NCBI RefSeq assembly: GCF_004376175.1
Contig: NZ_SNUY01000072.1
Location: 1-19,199 of the forward strand
Direction: 5' to 3'
Length of the DNA stretch: 19,199 nt
DNA from: Halalkalibacterium halodurans
GTDB taxonomy: Bacteria; Bacillota; Bacilli; Bacillales; Bacillaceae_D
Positions 12,635 through 19,199 of the stretch are shown piece by piece (position 1 is the stretch's first letter; each line of letters begins with the position of its first letter). A program made the position numbers and the translations under genes. A model generated the notes under the pieces. It was not told the origin of the DNA. It made no database searches and saw only the letters and a program-made list of their open reading frames with translations.

Positions 12635-12880
12635 TTAGTTTATTTTTTCAAGAAACCACGTTTTCACTTTTTGTTCGTCAATCATTCCGTAATCAACCTG
12701 TTCACCGTTAATGGCCACGACAGGGATCATAAGCTGATATTTTTCAAGCAATTCATCATCTTCGTAAATATCAACAACTTCTAGATCAAACGAAAATTCG
12801 TCTTTTAATCGTTTCATTTTAGCTAGCCCTTTATCACATAAAGGGCACTGCTCCTTTGAATAGAACGTCACCTTCAACAT
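12635..12880 (-). CDS. Small glutaredoxin-like thioredoxin-fold protein (CPLC motif)
   Basis: 81 aa, MLKVTFYSKEQCPLCDKGLAKMKRL... A CxxC follows beta-1, and a Pro in ...MIPVVAINGE... matches the cis-Pro position of the fold. It starts 14 bp after the sigL stop, with SD AGAGGA. Confidence 0.8.
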   Translation of the reverse strand: MLKVTFYSKEQCPLCDKGLAKMKRLKDEFSFDLEVVDIYEDDELLEKYQLMIPVVAINGEQVDYGMIDEQKVKTWFLEKIN

Positions 12881-12894
12881 TATCGCTATCCTCT

Positions 12895-14232
12895 CTATCC
12901 ATAACGTTTTCGCTTTGTGGACGATGGGATCCCAAGCTCATCACGGTATTTTGCGATCACTCGTCTTGAAGCTTCAACGTTGTATTGATCCTTTAAAAGA
13001 TGGGCAATCTTTTGGTCTGATAATGGCTTCGCTTTGTTCTCCTCTTCAACTAGTTTTCGAACAAGCTTCTTCACTGAGTCACTAGAAGGCCCCTTTTCAC
13101 CAAACCGACTCGAAATCGACGAGACGAAAAAGCTTTTTAATTCCAGAAGCCCTCGCGGTGTTTGCGCATACTTATTGGTCGTTGCTCGGCTGACCGTAGA
13201 CTCATGGACGCCAATTTCTTCTGCCACCTCACGCAAGGTGAGCGGCTGAAGAGCACCTTCTTTCTCTTCAAAGAACGCTCGCTGCTTACGCAAGATCGCT
13301 TCTGTTACCTTTAAAAGCGTCTGCTGGCGCTGCTGAATGCTTTTCACGAGCCATTGCATCTGATGATACTTTTCCTTCGCATATTGCGCCGCTTCCCCTT
13401 CTCCATCCGTTAACAACGTCTGGTATTGCCGGTTCAGCGTAATTTTCGGTAAATAGTCATCCTGCAATAAAATCGTTAGCTCACCTTCAACCCAATCGAT
13501 CGTCACATCTGGAACAAGGTAGTTTGTCGGCTCTCCCCCTATTTGACTGCCCGGTCTCGGGTCAAGATGCTGAATGCAATCATACACACGCTGCACATCT
13601 GCTAATGAAATTTGTAAGTCATCAGCAATCATCTTCCACCTTTTCTCCGCTAATAGTTCCATATAATGTTCGACGATCGTCTCAGCCAATGGGTCTCGCT
13701 GCTTTTTCCGTTGAAGTTGAAGCAGAAGGCATTCTTGAAGAGACCTAGCTCCGATCCCAGCAGGCTCTAAATGTTGTAAATGATACAGTGTTTTTTCCGC
13801 CTCTTGATCGGTTAGACCAAGATCCGCTTGAAGGCTATGAAGACTTCTCGATAAATAGCCGTCATCACGCAAACTATAAATAAAATAACAAAGCCATTCA
13901 AACTCATTTTTATTTAAAGGCAAATCTCTCGCTTGTTGAATTAAATAGTCACTTAAATTCAGTCGTTCAACATGTAAATAGTCAAAAGGAGATGATTGGC
14001 TCCAATCTAATGTCCCTTCTCCTTCTGGGCGCTCTTCCCTCATCATTCTGATATGTTCAGATAGGACACGATCTGACCGATCTTTTAGCTCGATTAACGG
14101 GTTTTCAAGAGCTTGTTCCTCAATAAACGCTGCCAAGTCTACTGTTGAATATTGTAATAAGGAGATCGCCTGACGTAATTCATTTGTCATGACAAGACTT
14201 GTCGTCTGCTGTTGGAAAAGACCAAATTCCAT
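12895..14232 (-). CDS. sigL: RNA polymerase sigma-54 factor
   Basis: MEFGLFQQQTTSLVMTNELRQAISLLQYS..., with LEPAGIGARSLQECLLLQL, an HTH, and the RpoN box SRRVIAKYRDELGIPSS. I place the start at the ATG at 14232, with SD GAGGAGG 6 nt upstream. The track GTG at 14247 lies inside that SD. Confidence 0.95.
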   Translation of the reverse strand: MEFGLFQQQTTSLVMTNELRQAISLLQYSTVDLAAFIEEQALENPLIELKDRSDRVLSEHIRMMREERPEGEGTLDWSQSSPFDYLHVERLNLSDYLIQQARDLPLNKNEFEWLCYFIYSLRDDGYLSRSLHSLQADLGLTDQEAEKTLYHLQHLEPAGIGARSLQECLLLQLQRKKQRDPLAETIVEHYMELLAEKRWKMIADDLQISLADVQRVYDCIQHLDPRPGSQIGGEPTNYLVPDVTIDWVEGELTILLQDDYLPKITLNRQYQTLLTDGEGEAAQYAKEKYHQMQWLVKSIQQRQQTLLKVTEAILRKQRAFFEEKEGALQPLTLREVAEEIGVHESTVSRATTNKYAQTPRGLLELKSFFVSSISSRFGEKGPSSDSVKKLVRKLVEEENKAKPLSDQKIAHLLKDQYNVEASRRVIAKYRDELGIPSSTKRKRYG

Positions 14233-14288
14233 GTCGATCCTCCTCACTTGTTTTCATCATAGCATATAAACGTCTAACCGCTGACGAT

Positions 14289-14302
14289 TGTAAGCGCTTA
14301 CG
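14289..14302. promoter_or_regulatory. Catabolite-responsive element (cre, CcpA site) upstream of sigL
   Basis: TGTAAGCGCTTACG matches the palindromic cre consensus TGWAANCGNTNWCA at 13 of 14 positions. It is centred about 63 nt upstream of the sigL ATG. Confidence 0.6.
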
Positions 14303-14414
14303 GTAAAATTTATTTTGGCAGATCTTTTAACACTCTACTACATATTATACATGAGGATCGAGATCATGCACTAATAGAAAAACTTTACTTACCTTCAACT
14401 TGTCCTGAATAAAT

Positions 14415-14439
14415 GTTTAATTCATTTCAAAAAAGGTAA
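14415..14439 (+). promoter_or_regulatory. Possible sigma-B-type promoter upstream of clpP
   Basis: GTTTAA (14415..14420), 13-nt spacer, AGGTAA (14434..14439). The sigma-B consensus is GTTTAA-N12-15-GGGTAT. This is a motif match only. Confidence 0.3.
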
Positions 14440-14504
14440 CGATGGTAAGCAGGGATTTATCCGAAGGAAGGTGAATATGAATTTATCCAGGTTAAGACTT
14501 TTCA

Positions 14505-14521
14505 TTTGACCTTCTTTGACC
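14505..14521 (-). promoter_or_regulatory. CtsR operator (class III heat-shock repressor box)
   Basis: The reverse complement reads GGTCAAA-GAA-GGTCAAA. This is a perfect match to the CtsR direct-repeat consensus (A/G)GTCAAA-NAN-(A/G)GTCAAA. It overlaps the clpP -35 and spacer. Confidence 0.8.
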
Positions 14522-14534
14522 TTTTAGGTAATAT
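14506..14534 (+). promoter_or_regulatory. Candidate sigma-A promoter of clpP
   Basis: -35 TTGACC (14506..14511), 17-nt spacer, -10 TAATAT (14529..14534). It lies about 64 nt upstream of the clpP ATG. Confidence 0.6.
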
Positions 14535-14597
14535 GTACATAGAAGCGATGAGTAAGGCTTCATCATCTGAGTTAAAAAAATAAAGGAGGCAGTATCT

Positions 14598-15182
14598 ATG
14601 AATTTAATTCCTACTGTCATTGAACAAACAAACCGCGGCGAACGCGCGTATGACATTTATTCTCGACTACTGAAAGACCGGATTATTATGCTCGGTACTG
14701 CGATTGACGACAATGTAGCCAATTCCATTGTCGCCCAATTGCTGTTCTTACAAGCGGAAGACCCTGATAAAGATATCTCTCTTTATATTAACAGCCCAGG
14801 TGGCTCAATTACTGCGGGAATGGCAATCTACGACACGATGCAGTACATTAAACCAAACGTCTCAACCATTTGCATCGGGATGGCCGCTTCAATGGGAGCC
14901 TTCTTACTTGCGGCTGGTGCAAAAGGGAAACGGTTTGCTTTACCTAACAGTGAAGTGATGATTCATCAACCGCTTGGCGGAACACGTGGGCAAGCATCCG
15001 ATATCGAAATCCATACACGCCGAATTCTTGAAATGCGTGAAACATTGAATCGCATTTTAGCAGAGCGCACAGGCCAACCGCTTGAGCAAATCGCGAAGGA
15101 TACTGACCGCGACAATTTCATGACAGCCGAAAAAGCTCGCGAGTATGGGCTCATCGACAAAGTGATTGAAACAACAAAATAA
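14598..15182 (+). CDS. clpP: ATP-dependent Clp protease proteolytic subunit
   Basis: 194 aa, [33 protein letters not shown]..., with the catalytic Ser context GMAASMGAF and His in MIHQP. SD AAAGGAGG is present. Confidence 0.98.
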   Translation: MNLIPTVIEQTNRGERAYDIYSRLLKDRIIMLGTAIDDNVANSIVAQLLFLQAEDPDKDISLYINSPGGSITAGMAIYDTMQYIKPNVSTICIGMAASMGAFLLAAGAKGKRFALPNSEVMIHQPLGGTRGQASDIEIHTRRILEMRETLNRILAERTGQPLEQIAKDTDRDNFMTAEKAREYGLIDKVIETTK

Positions 15183-15220
15183 AAAATAAGCAAGGGAGCT
15201 CCCTTGCTTATTTTTTATTT
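15181..15220. terminator. Bidirectional intrinsic terminator shared by convergent clpP and crh
   Basis: Perfect palindrome AATAAGCAAGGG-AGCT-CCCTTGCTTATT (12-bp stem), flanked by an A-run upstream and TTTTTTATTT downstream. Confidence 0.9.
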
Positions 15221-15227
15221 ACGTACG

Positions 15228-15482
15228 TTATTCCTTTTCGATGAATGCGATAAGAGCCTCCATCGCTTCCTGTTCATCATTTCCTTCTGTGATCAATGTG
15301 ATCGTTGATCCGGAGCCAATGGCCAAGCTCATGAGACCCATGATGCTTTTGGCATTTACTTTCTTTCCATCCTTCTCAATGAAGATTTCTGAGATGAAGC
15401 GATTCGCTTCCTGAACAAAGAGAGCAGCAGGGCGAGCTTGTAATCCTGTTTTCAGCTTCACTTCTACTTGTTTTTCAACCAA
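15228..15482 (-). CDS. crh: Crh, HPr-like catabolite repression protein (Ser46 present, Gln at the HPr His15 position)
   Basis: (M)VEKQVEVKLKTGLQARPAALFVQEANRFISEIFIEKDGKKVNAKSIMGLMSLAIG... GLQARPA replaces the GIHARPA of HPr. The TTG start at 15482 has SD GGAGGAG 6 nt upstream. The 110-aa track ORF is an unsupported N-terminal extension that overlaps whiA. Confidence 0.9.
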   Translation of the reverse strand: MVEKQVEVKLKTGLQARPAALFVQEANRFISEIFIEKDGKKVNAKSIMGLMSLAIGSGSTITLITEGNDEQEAMEALIAFIEKE

Positions 15483-15522
15483 TCCAATCTCCTCCAATCT
15501 AATTAAACTAAAATGGTATGTG

Positions 15523-16485
15523 TCATCGGGACGATGATGATTCAGCAGGAACACCAGCACGTAGTTTTTCAGCGAGTTCGTCGATTTTTCGCAGTCGGTG
15601 ATTCACACCCGATTTGCTCACTTTCCCACTTTCGACCATTTCCCCGAGTTCCTTTAAGGTGACGTCTTGGTGTTTTAAACGTAATTCGGCAATTTCTCGA
15701 AGTTTTGTCGGTAGAGCATCTAACCCAATTTCTTGATCAAGAAACTTTATGTTCTCGACTTGACGTAAGGCGGCTCCCACTGTTTTATTTAAGTTGGCCG
15801 TCTCACAGTTCACCAGGCGATTGACTGAATTCCGCATATCCTTCATAATGCGAACGTCTTCAAAATAGAGCAGCGCTTGGTGGGCACCAATAATATTTAA
15901 AAACTCAGTGATCTTTTCACTTTCCTTAATATACGTAATAAACCCTTTTTTACGTTCCAATTTTTTTGCGTTTAATTGAAAAGAGTTCATTAATTCACAA
16001 AGAGACTCGTTATGTTCCTCATATAGTGAGAATATCTCAAGGTGGTACGAAGAGGTTTCAGGGTGGTTAATCGAACCTCCAGCGAGAAACGCTCCCCGCA
16101 AATAGGCTCGACGACAGCATGTGGCGCTAACAATGTCAGTGGAGATCGTCCGGTGGATTTGAAATCCTTCTCCGATAATTTTTAGTTCTTTGAGCAATGT
16201 CTCCGCTTCCTGCTTCAAGCGGACAAGATAGACATTGTTTTTCTTCAATCTCATTTTTTTTCGCACAAGAAGTTCAACGAACATCATCGGAAATACTTTT
16301 TTAATGAGTGTGTAGATCCGTCTCGCAATCGCTGCATTTTCTGTCGTCACATCAAGCCCTAATTGTTTATTTACAAAGGAAAGGGATCCGTTCATGCGAA
16401 TGAGAGCGGCAAGCTCTGCCTTTGAACAACATAAATCCGTTTCCAACTGGGTTAACTCTTTCTTTGTCGTGGCTGCGAAAGACAC
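15523..16485 (-). CDS. whiA: Sporulation/cell-division regulator WhiA (YvcL)
   Basis: (M)[36 protein letters not shown]... is collinear with B. subtilis WhiA and has a C-terminal HTH. I place the start at the GTG at 16485, with GGGGTGA 5 nt upstream. The alternative is the GTG at 16494. Confidence 0.92.
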   Translation of the reverse strand: MSFAATTKKELTQLETDLCCSKAELAALIRMNGSLSFVNKQLGLDVTTENAAIARRIYTLIKKVFPMMFVELLVRKKMRLKKNNVYLVRLKQEAETLLKELKIIGEGFQIHRTISTDIVSATCCRRAYLRGAFLAGGSINHPETSSYHLEIFSLYEEHNESLCELMNSFQLNAKKLERKKGFITYIKESEKITEFLNIIGAHQALLYFEDVRIMKDMRNSVNRLVNCETANLNKTVGAALRQVENIKFLDQEIGLDALPTKLREIAELRLKHQDVTLKELGEMVESGKVSKSGVNHRLRKIDELAEKLRAGVPAESSSSR

Positions 16486-16548
16486 GCACCTCACCCCTTT
16501 ATATGTTACGTGTAGCCTGTCGCAACCTTGATTTCGCTTTCACTACAC

Positions 16549-17517
16549 TCATTGAATAGATGACGAGGTTCTTGGCTTTCCCTCAAGAATCGCCTCTGAA
16601 ACTTTACTAGCATTATGACGGAGAACATCATCTTGTTCAAGTACAAAGTAATCACTTATCGTTCCTACGCCTAATGCCTTTAATTTATGTTCATCGACGA
16701 TGACAGGCTCTGCTTTCTCTTTTGCATACTTTGCTTTAACCGTATCAGAAATTGGCTCGCCATGCACGAGAATATCATCGACAATTCCCACACCGCAATG
16801 ATCAATTATCGCTTGCAAATGGTCACTTGCCGTATAGCCATCGGTCTCTCCACTTTGTGTCATAACATTGCATATATATACTTTTCGTGCGGTTGATTGC
16901 TTAATCGCCTCACAAATGCCCGGAACGAGCAAATTGGGCAGAACACTCGTATAAAGACTTCCAGGTCCGATGACAATCACATCTGCCTTTCGAATGGCTT
17001 CGAGCCCCTCTCGCAACGGCTTCGTATCTTTTGGCGTTAAAAATACACGTTTAATCTTTTTTCCTGCTTTCGGAATGGACGATTCGCCTGTTACGATCGT
17101 CCCATCCTCCATCTCTCCATGCAAAATAATACTCCGGTTCGAAGCGGGTAACACTTTCCCTCGAACATTAAGGACCTTACTCATTTCAGAAATACCACGG
17201 GCAAAGTCGCCTGTAATCGATGTCATTCCTGCAAGAAGTAAATTTCCCAGCGAATGTCCAGACAGCCCATTGCCATTTTCAAACCGGTGCTGAAACAATT
17301 GCTCGAGTAACGGTTCGACTTCTGATAGCGCGACAAGCACATTGCGCACATCGCCTGGCGGTGGAATGTCTAGCTCTTTCCGAAGACGACCGGAGCTCCC
17401 CCCATCATCTGCTACGGTAACGATCGCCGTGATGGAAACAGGAAAGGTTTTCAACCCTCGCAACAGGACTGATAACCCTGTTCCCCCACCAAAGACGACT
17501 ACATTCTTTTTTCTCAC
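16549..17517 (-). CDS. glmR: Gluconeogenesis factor YvcK/GlmR (UPF0052, CofD-like fold)
   Basis: 322 aa, (M)RKKNVVVFGGGTGLSVLLRGLK... The GTG start lies 1 nt after the yvcJ stop. The yvcJ-yvcK-whiA synteny is conserved. Confidence 0.93.
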   Translation of the reverse strand: MRKKNVVVFGGGTGLSVLLRGLKTFPVSITAIVTVADDGGSSGRLRKELDIPPPGDVRNVLVALSEVEPLLEQLFQHRFENGNGLSGHSLGNLLLAGMTSITGDFARGISEMSKVLNVRGKVLPASNRSIILHGEMEDGTIVTGESSIPKAGKKIKRVFLTPKDTKPLREGLEAIRKADVIVIGPGSLYTSVLPNLLVPGICEAIKQSTARKVYICNVMTQSGETDGYTASDHLQAIIDHCGVGIVDDILVHGEPISDTVKAKYAKEKAEPVIVDEHKLKALGVGTISDYFVLEQDDVLRHNASKVSEAILEGKPRTSSSIQ

Positions 17518-17518
17518 G

Positions 17519-18406
17519 TTAACGTTCCTTCCCCTTTTCCACGTCTCGATGGCTGACGTGCATCATATATTCATTAGCAAACACCTTGGCAAAATGTTCT
17601 GCTAATGTGACGGAGCGGTGTTTTCCTCCTGTACAACCGATTCCAATCACAACCTGGCTTTTCCCTTCCCGCTTATACTGTGGGAGCATGAAGGAAAGTA
17701 AATCTTCTAGCTTCTCGATAAACTGCTGTGTTTCCGTCCATTTTAAAACATAGGAGGACACTTCTTCCTCCAGCCCTGTTTTCGGGCGCAAGTGATCGAC
17801 ATAATGGGGATTCGGTAAAAACCGAACATCAAATACTAAATCTGCGTCAATCGGTATCCCATACTTAAACCCAAATGACATCATATTTACGGTGAATGAA
17901 TGATGTTCTTCACATGAAAAACGTTGAATAATTTTCTCCCGCAATTGGATGGGCTTTAAGTCGGTTGTATCAATAATTTGTTGTGCTCGCCCTTTTAAAT
18001 CCTCTAATAGTTCTCTTTCCTTTTTTATGCCATCGAGAGGCAAACCGTGCTTCGCAAGCGGATGAGACCTGCGTGTCTCTTTATAGCGTTGAACAAGCTT
18101 GGCATCCTTTGCATCCAAGAATAAAATTTGAATGTTATACTTTGACAGTGATGATTGGTCAAGAAGATCAATCGACTCAAACAGCTGATCGAAAAACGTT
18201 TGTCCACGTAGGTCGATCACAAGGGCCAGCTTATTCATTTTCCCGCTAGAACTTTCAATTAACTCAATAAACTTAGGAATGAGCGCTGGGGGCAGATTAT
18301 CTACACAGAAGTATCCTAAATCTTCGAGGCTTTGTACGGCAACGGTTTTCCCTGCTCCAGACATTCCTGTAATAATGACAATATCGATTTCTTCCTTTAC
18401 GTTCAT
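17519..18406 (-). CDS. rapZ: RapZ-like nucleotide-binding protein YvcJ (P-loop)
   Basis: 295 aa with Walker A GMSGAGKT and a C-terminal ...[10 protein letters not shown]... motif. SD AAGGGGGT is present. Confidence 0.93.
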   Translation of the reverse strand: MNVKEEIDIVIITGMSGAGKTVAVQSLEDLGYFCVDNLPPALIPKFIELIESSSGKMNKLALVIDLRGQTFFDQLFESIDLLDQSSLSKYNIQILFLDAKDAKLVQRYKETRRSHPLAKHGLPLDGIKKERELLEDLKGRAQQIIDTTDLKPIQLREKIIQRFSCEEHHSFTVNMMSFGFKYGIPIDADLVFDVRFLPNPHYVDHLRPKTGLEEEVSSYVLKWTETQQFIEKLEDLLSFMLPQYKREGKSQVVIGIGCTGGKHRSVTLAEHFAKVFANEYMMHVSHRDVEKGKER

Positions 18407-18409
18407 CTT

Positions 18410-18898
18410 TCAGACCCCCTTTTTCATTTGTGGTTCTGGGTCTAACCGATACGATAATAGCTCAAAATCTGGTGTATAGTGAAAGGTGCCATACAAGAGG
18501 CGATCAGAATGAAGGACATGCTTAAAAATCCATTTATCCCCTGCAGCCATTGGGAGTTCAAGAACCTCATCCTTCTTTTTCCACTCGAGCTTTCCTTCCG
18601 GAGATTGTTTAAGCATTTCGCCCTCATGCTCAGTTGCCTTAAACGTAAAGAGCATCCATTCGGAAACAATCTTCCCTTCATCGAAGATCACCATTGAAAA
18701 AATCCCCTTCAATTCAGGGTTTTTAACGGTAATGCCCGTTTCCTCCCAATATTCACGCTTGACTGTCTCAAGGATGGATTCTCCTTCCTCCATTTTCCCT
18801 CCAGGAGCGACCCACCAGCCACGTCTAGGTTTTTGCAATAATAATACTTGATCATGATCAACGACAATACAATTAGTTACACGTTGCAACGACTTCAC
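18410..18898 (-). CDS. yvcI: Nudix hydrolase YvcI
   Basis: The Nudix box is GGKMEEGESILETVKREYWEETGI. The GTG start at 18898 is the longest ORF. The TTG at 18889 (SD GAGGTGA 5 nt upstream) aligns better with the B. subtilis YvcI N-terminus MQRVTNC. The stop is unambiguous. Confidence 0.9.
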   Translation of the reverse strand: MKSLQRVTNCIVVDHDQVLLLQKPRRGWWVAPGGKMEEGESILETVKREYWEETGITVKNPELKGIFSMVIFDEGKIVSEWMLFTFKATEHEGEMLKQSPEGKLEWKKKDEVLELPMAAGDKWIFKHVLHSDRLLYGTFHYTPDFELLSYRLDPEPQMKKGV

Positions 18899-18918
18899 CT
18901 CACGTTCTCTCCACTTCC

Positions 18919-18947
18919 ATTATACCTTCATTTATAAGGCGTCACAA
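18919..18947 (-). promoter_or_regulatory. Candidate sigma-A promoter of the yvcI-yvcJ-yvcK-whiA-crh cluster
   Basis: Minus strand: -35 TTGTGA (18947..18942), 17-nt spacer, consensus -10 TATAAT (18924..18919). It lies about 20 nt upstream of the yvcI start. Confidence 0.55.
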
Positions 18948-19064
18948 TTGTTCTGATGTAAACAGCAAAGGATGTTACAACGCTTTTTGTCATCGCATAG
19001 GGAACGGTGTTGATCACTTGATGAGGATCGTGTCGATTAATCCGATTGTGAATAGATAAAAAAA

Positions 19065-19086
19065 GGTTCTCCGTCAAATGTTGGGG
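19065..19086 (+). repeat. Terminal inverted repeat (IRR) of the right ISL3 element
   Basis: It matches the reverse complement of 579..600 at 17 of 22 positions, including the last 11 positions AAATGTTGGGG. Confidence 0.75.
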
Positions 19087-19109
19087 TGGCATAGGAGGGC
19101 GAGCCCCTC

Positions 19110-19199
19110 TTATCCTACCCCGAATGTTTGATGTTTGAATTGATGATGCAAGAGAATACGGTTTCGCAAGCGATCATAACGCCGAAAACCAAAGGCATT
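19110..19199 (-). CDS. ISL3-family transposase, C-terminal 29 codons plus stop (partial; enters from beyond the window end)
   Basis: Hand translation of the minus-strand frame from 19199 gives NAFGFRRYDRLRNRILLHHQFKHQTFGVG*. The AFGFRxxxRxRxRIL motif is the conserved C-terminal signature of ISL3 transposases. It is not in the ORF track because no start lies inside the window. Confidence 0.75.
   Translation of the reverse strand, partial: NAFGFRRYDRLRNRILLHHQFKHQTFGVG

Larger units (their letters stand above)
19065..19199 (-). mobile_element. ISL3-family insertion sequence, IRR/transposase-3' end; the element continues beyond the window end
   Basis: The terminus at 19065 reads GGTTCTCCGTCAAATGTTGGGG, inverted relative to the terminus at 600. 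The transposase C-terminal codons and stop lie 45 nt inside the end. Confidence 0.8.

Noticed and set aside
12472-12711. 79-aa plus-strand ORF spanning the cggR leader and the glutaredoxin-like gene 3' end
   Set aside because: It runs antisense through a promoter, operator and terminator region and into another CDS. It has no SD and a low-complexity translation.
14316-14332. Sigma-54-like -24 element TGGCAG in the sigL-clpP intergenic region
   Set aside because: The -24 GG is present, but the -12 element reads TTAAC instead of TTGC(A/T). The essential GC is missing, so it is not a credible sigma-54 promoter.
14477-14509. 10-codon mini-ORF (MNLSRLRLFI) upstream of clpP whose first codons echo the clpP start (ATGAATTTA)
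   Set aside because: The SD-like GGTGA ends 1 nt before the ATG, which is too close. The ORF is very short, it ends inside the CtsR box, and the similarity to the clpP start is only 9 nt. This is most likely chance.
15483-15560. N-terminal extension of crh to a 110-aa ORF overlapping the whiA 3' end
   Set aside because: Homology to Crh/HPr begins at the TTG at 15482, which has a strong GGAGGAG SD 6 nt upstream. The extension has no SD and no homology.

Overview
This window is a conserved Bacillaceae housekeeping block, and I found no previously undescribed system in it. There are no CRISPR arrays, tRNA or rRNA genes, defence or toxin genes, or orphan gene clusters. Every long ORF is a recognisable, apparently full-length core gene.

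Gene order, reading the minus strand from right to left:
- yvcI (Nudix), yvcJ/rapZ-like, yvcK/glmR, whiA and crh.
- clpP, the only plus-strand gene, convergent with crh and divergent from sigL.
- sigL (sigma-54) and a small CPLC glutaredoxin-like gene.
- The glycolytic operon cggR-gapA-pgk-tpiA-gpmI-eno.
- secG, est (carboxylesterase), rnr (RNase R), smpB and ssrA (tmRNA).

The tmRNA tag reads (A)GKENNNFALAA. From memory this tag and the synteny resemble alkaliphilic Bacillus/Halalkalibacterium halodurans-type genomes, but I cannot verify that here.

The main non-ordinary observation is at the window edges, and the supplied ORF track misses it because both ORFs are truncated by the edge. Both ends cut into ISL3-family insertion sequences in the same orientation:
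- Left copy: transposase N-terminus at 479..1, with the IS terminus at 600.
- Right copy: transposase C-terminus at 19199..19110, with the IS terminus at 19065.
- The two termini are related (17 of 22 positions match).
- Together the copies bracket the 18,464-bp core block. One sits just past the ssrA terminator and the other sits 166 bp upstream of the yvcI operon.

Several regulatory sites can be read directly from the sequence:
- A perfect CtsR operator on the clpP promoter.
- A CggR-type operator in the cggR leader.
- A near-consensus cre palindrome upstream of sigL.
- Several intrinsic terminators and sigma-A-like promoters.

All promoter, operator and terminator calls come from reading motifs by eye. 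No folding energies or database searches were computed.
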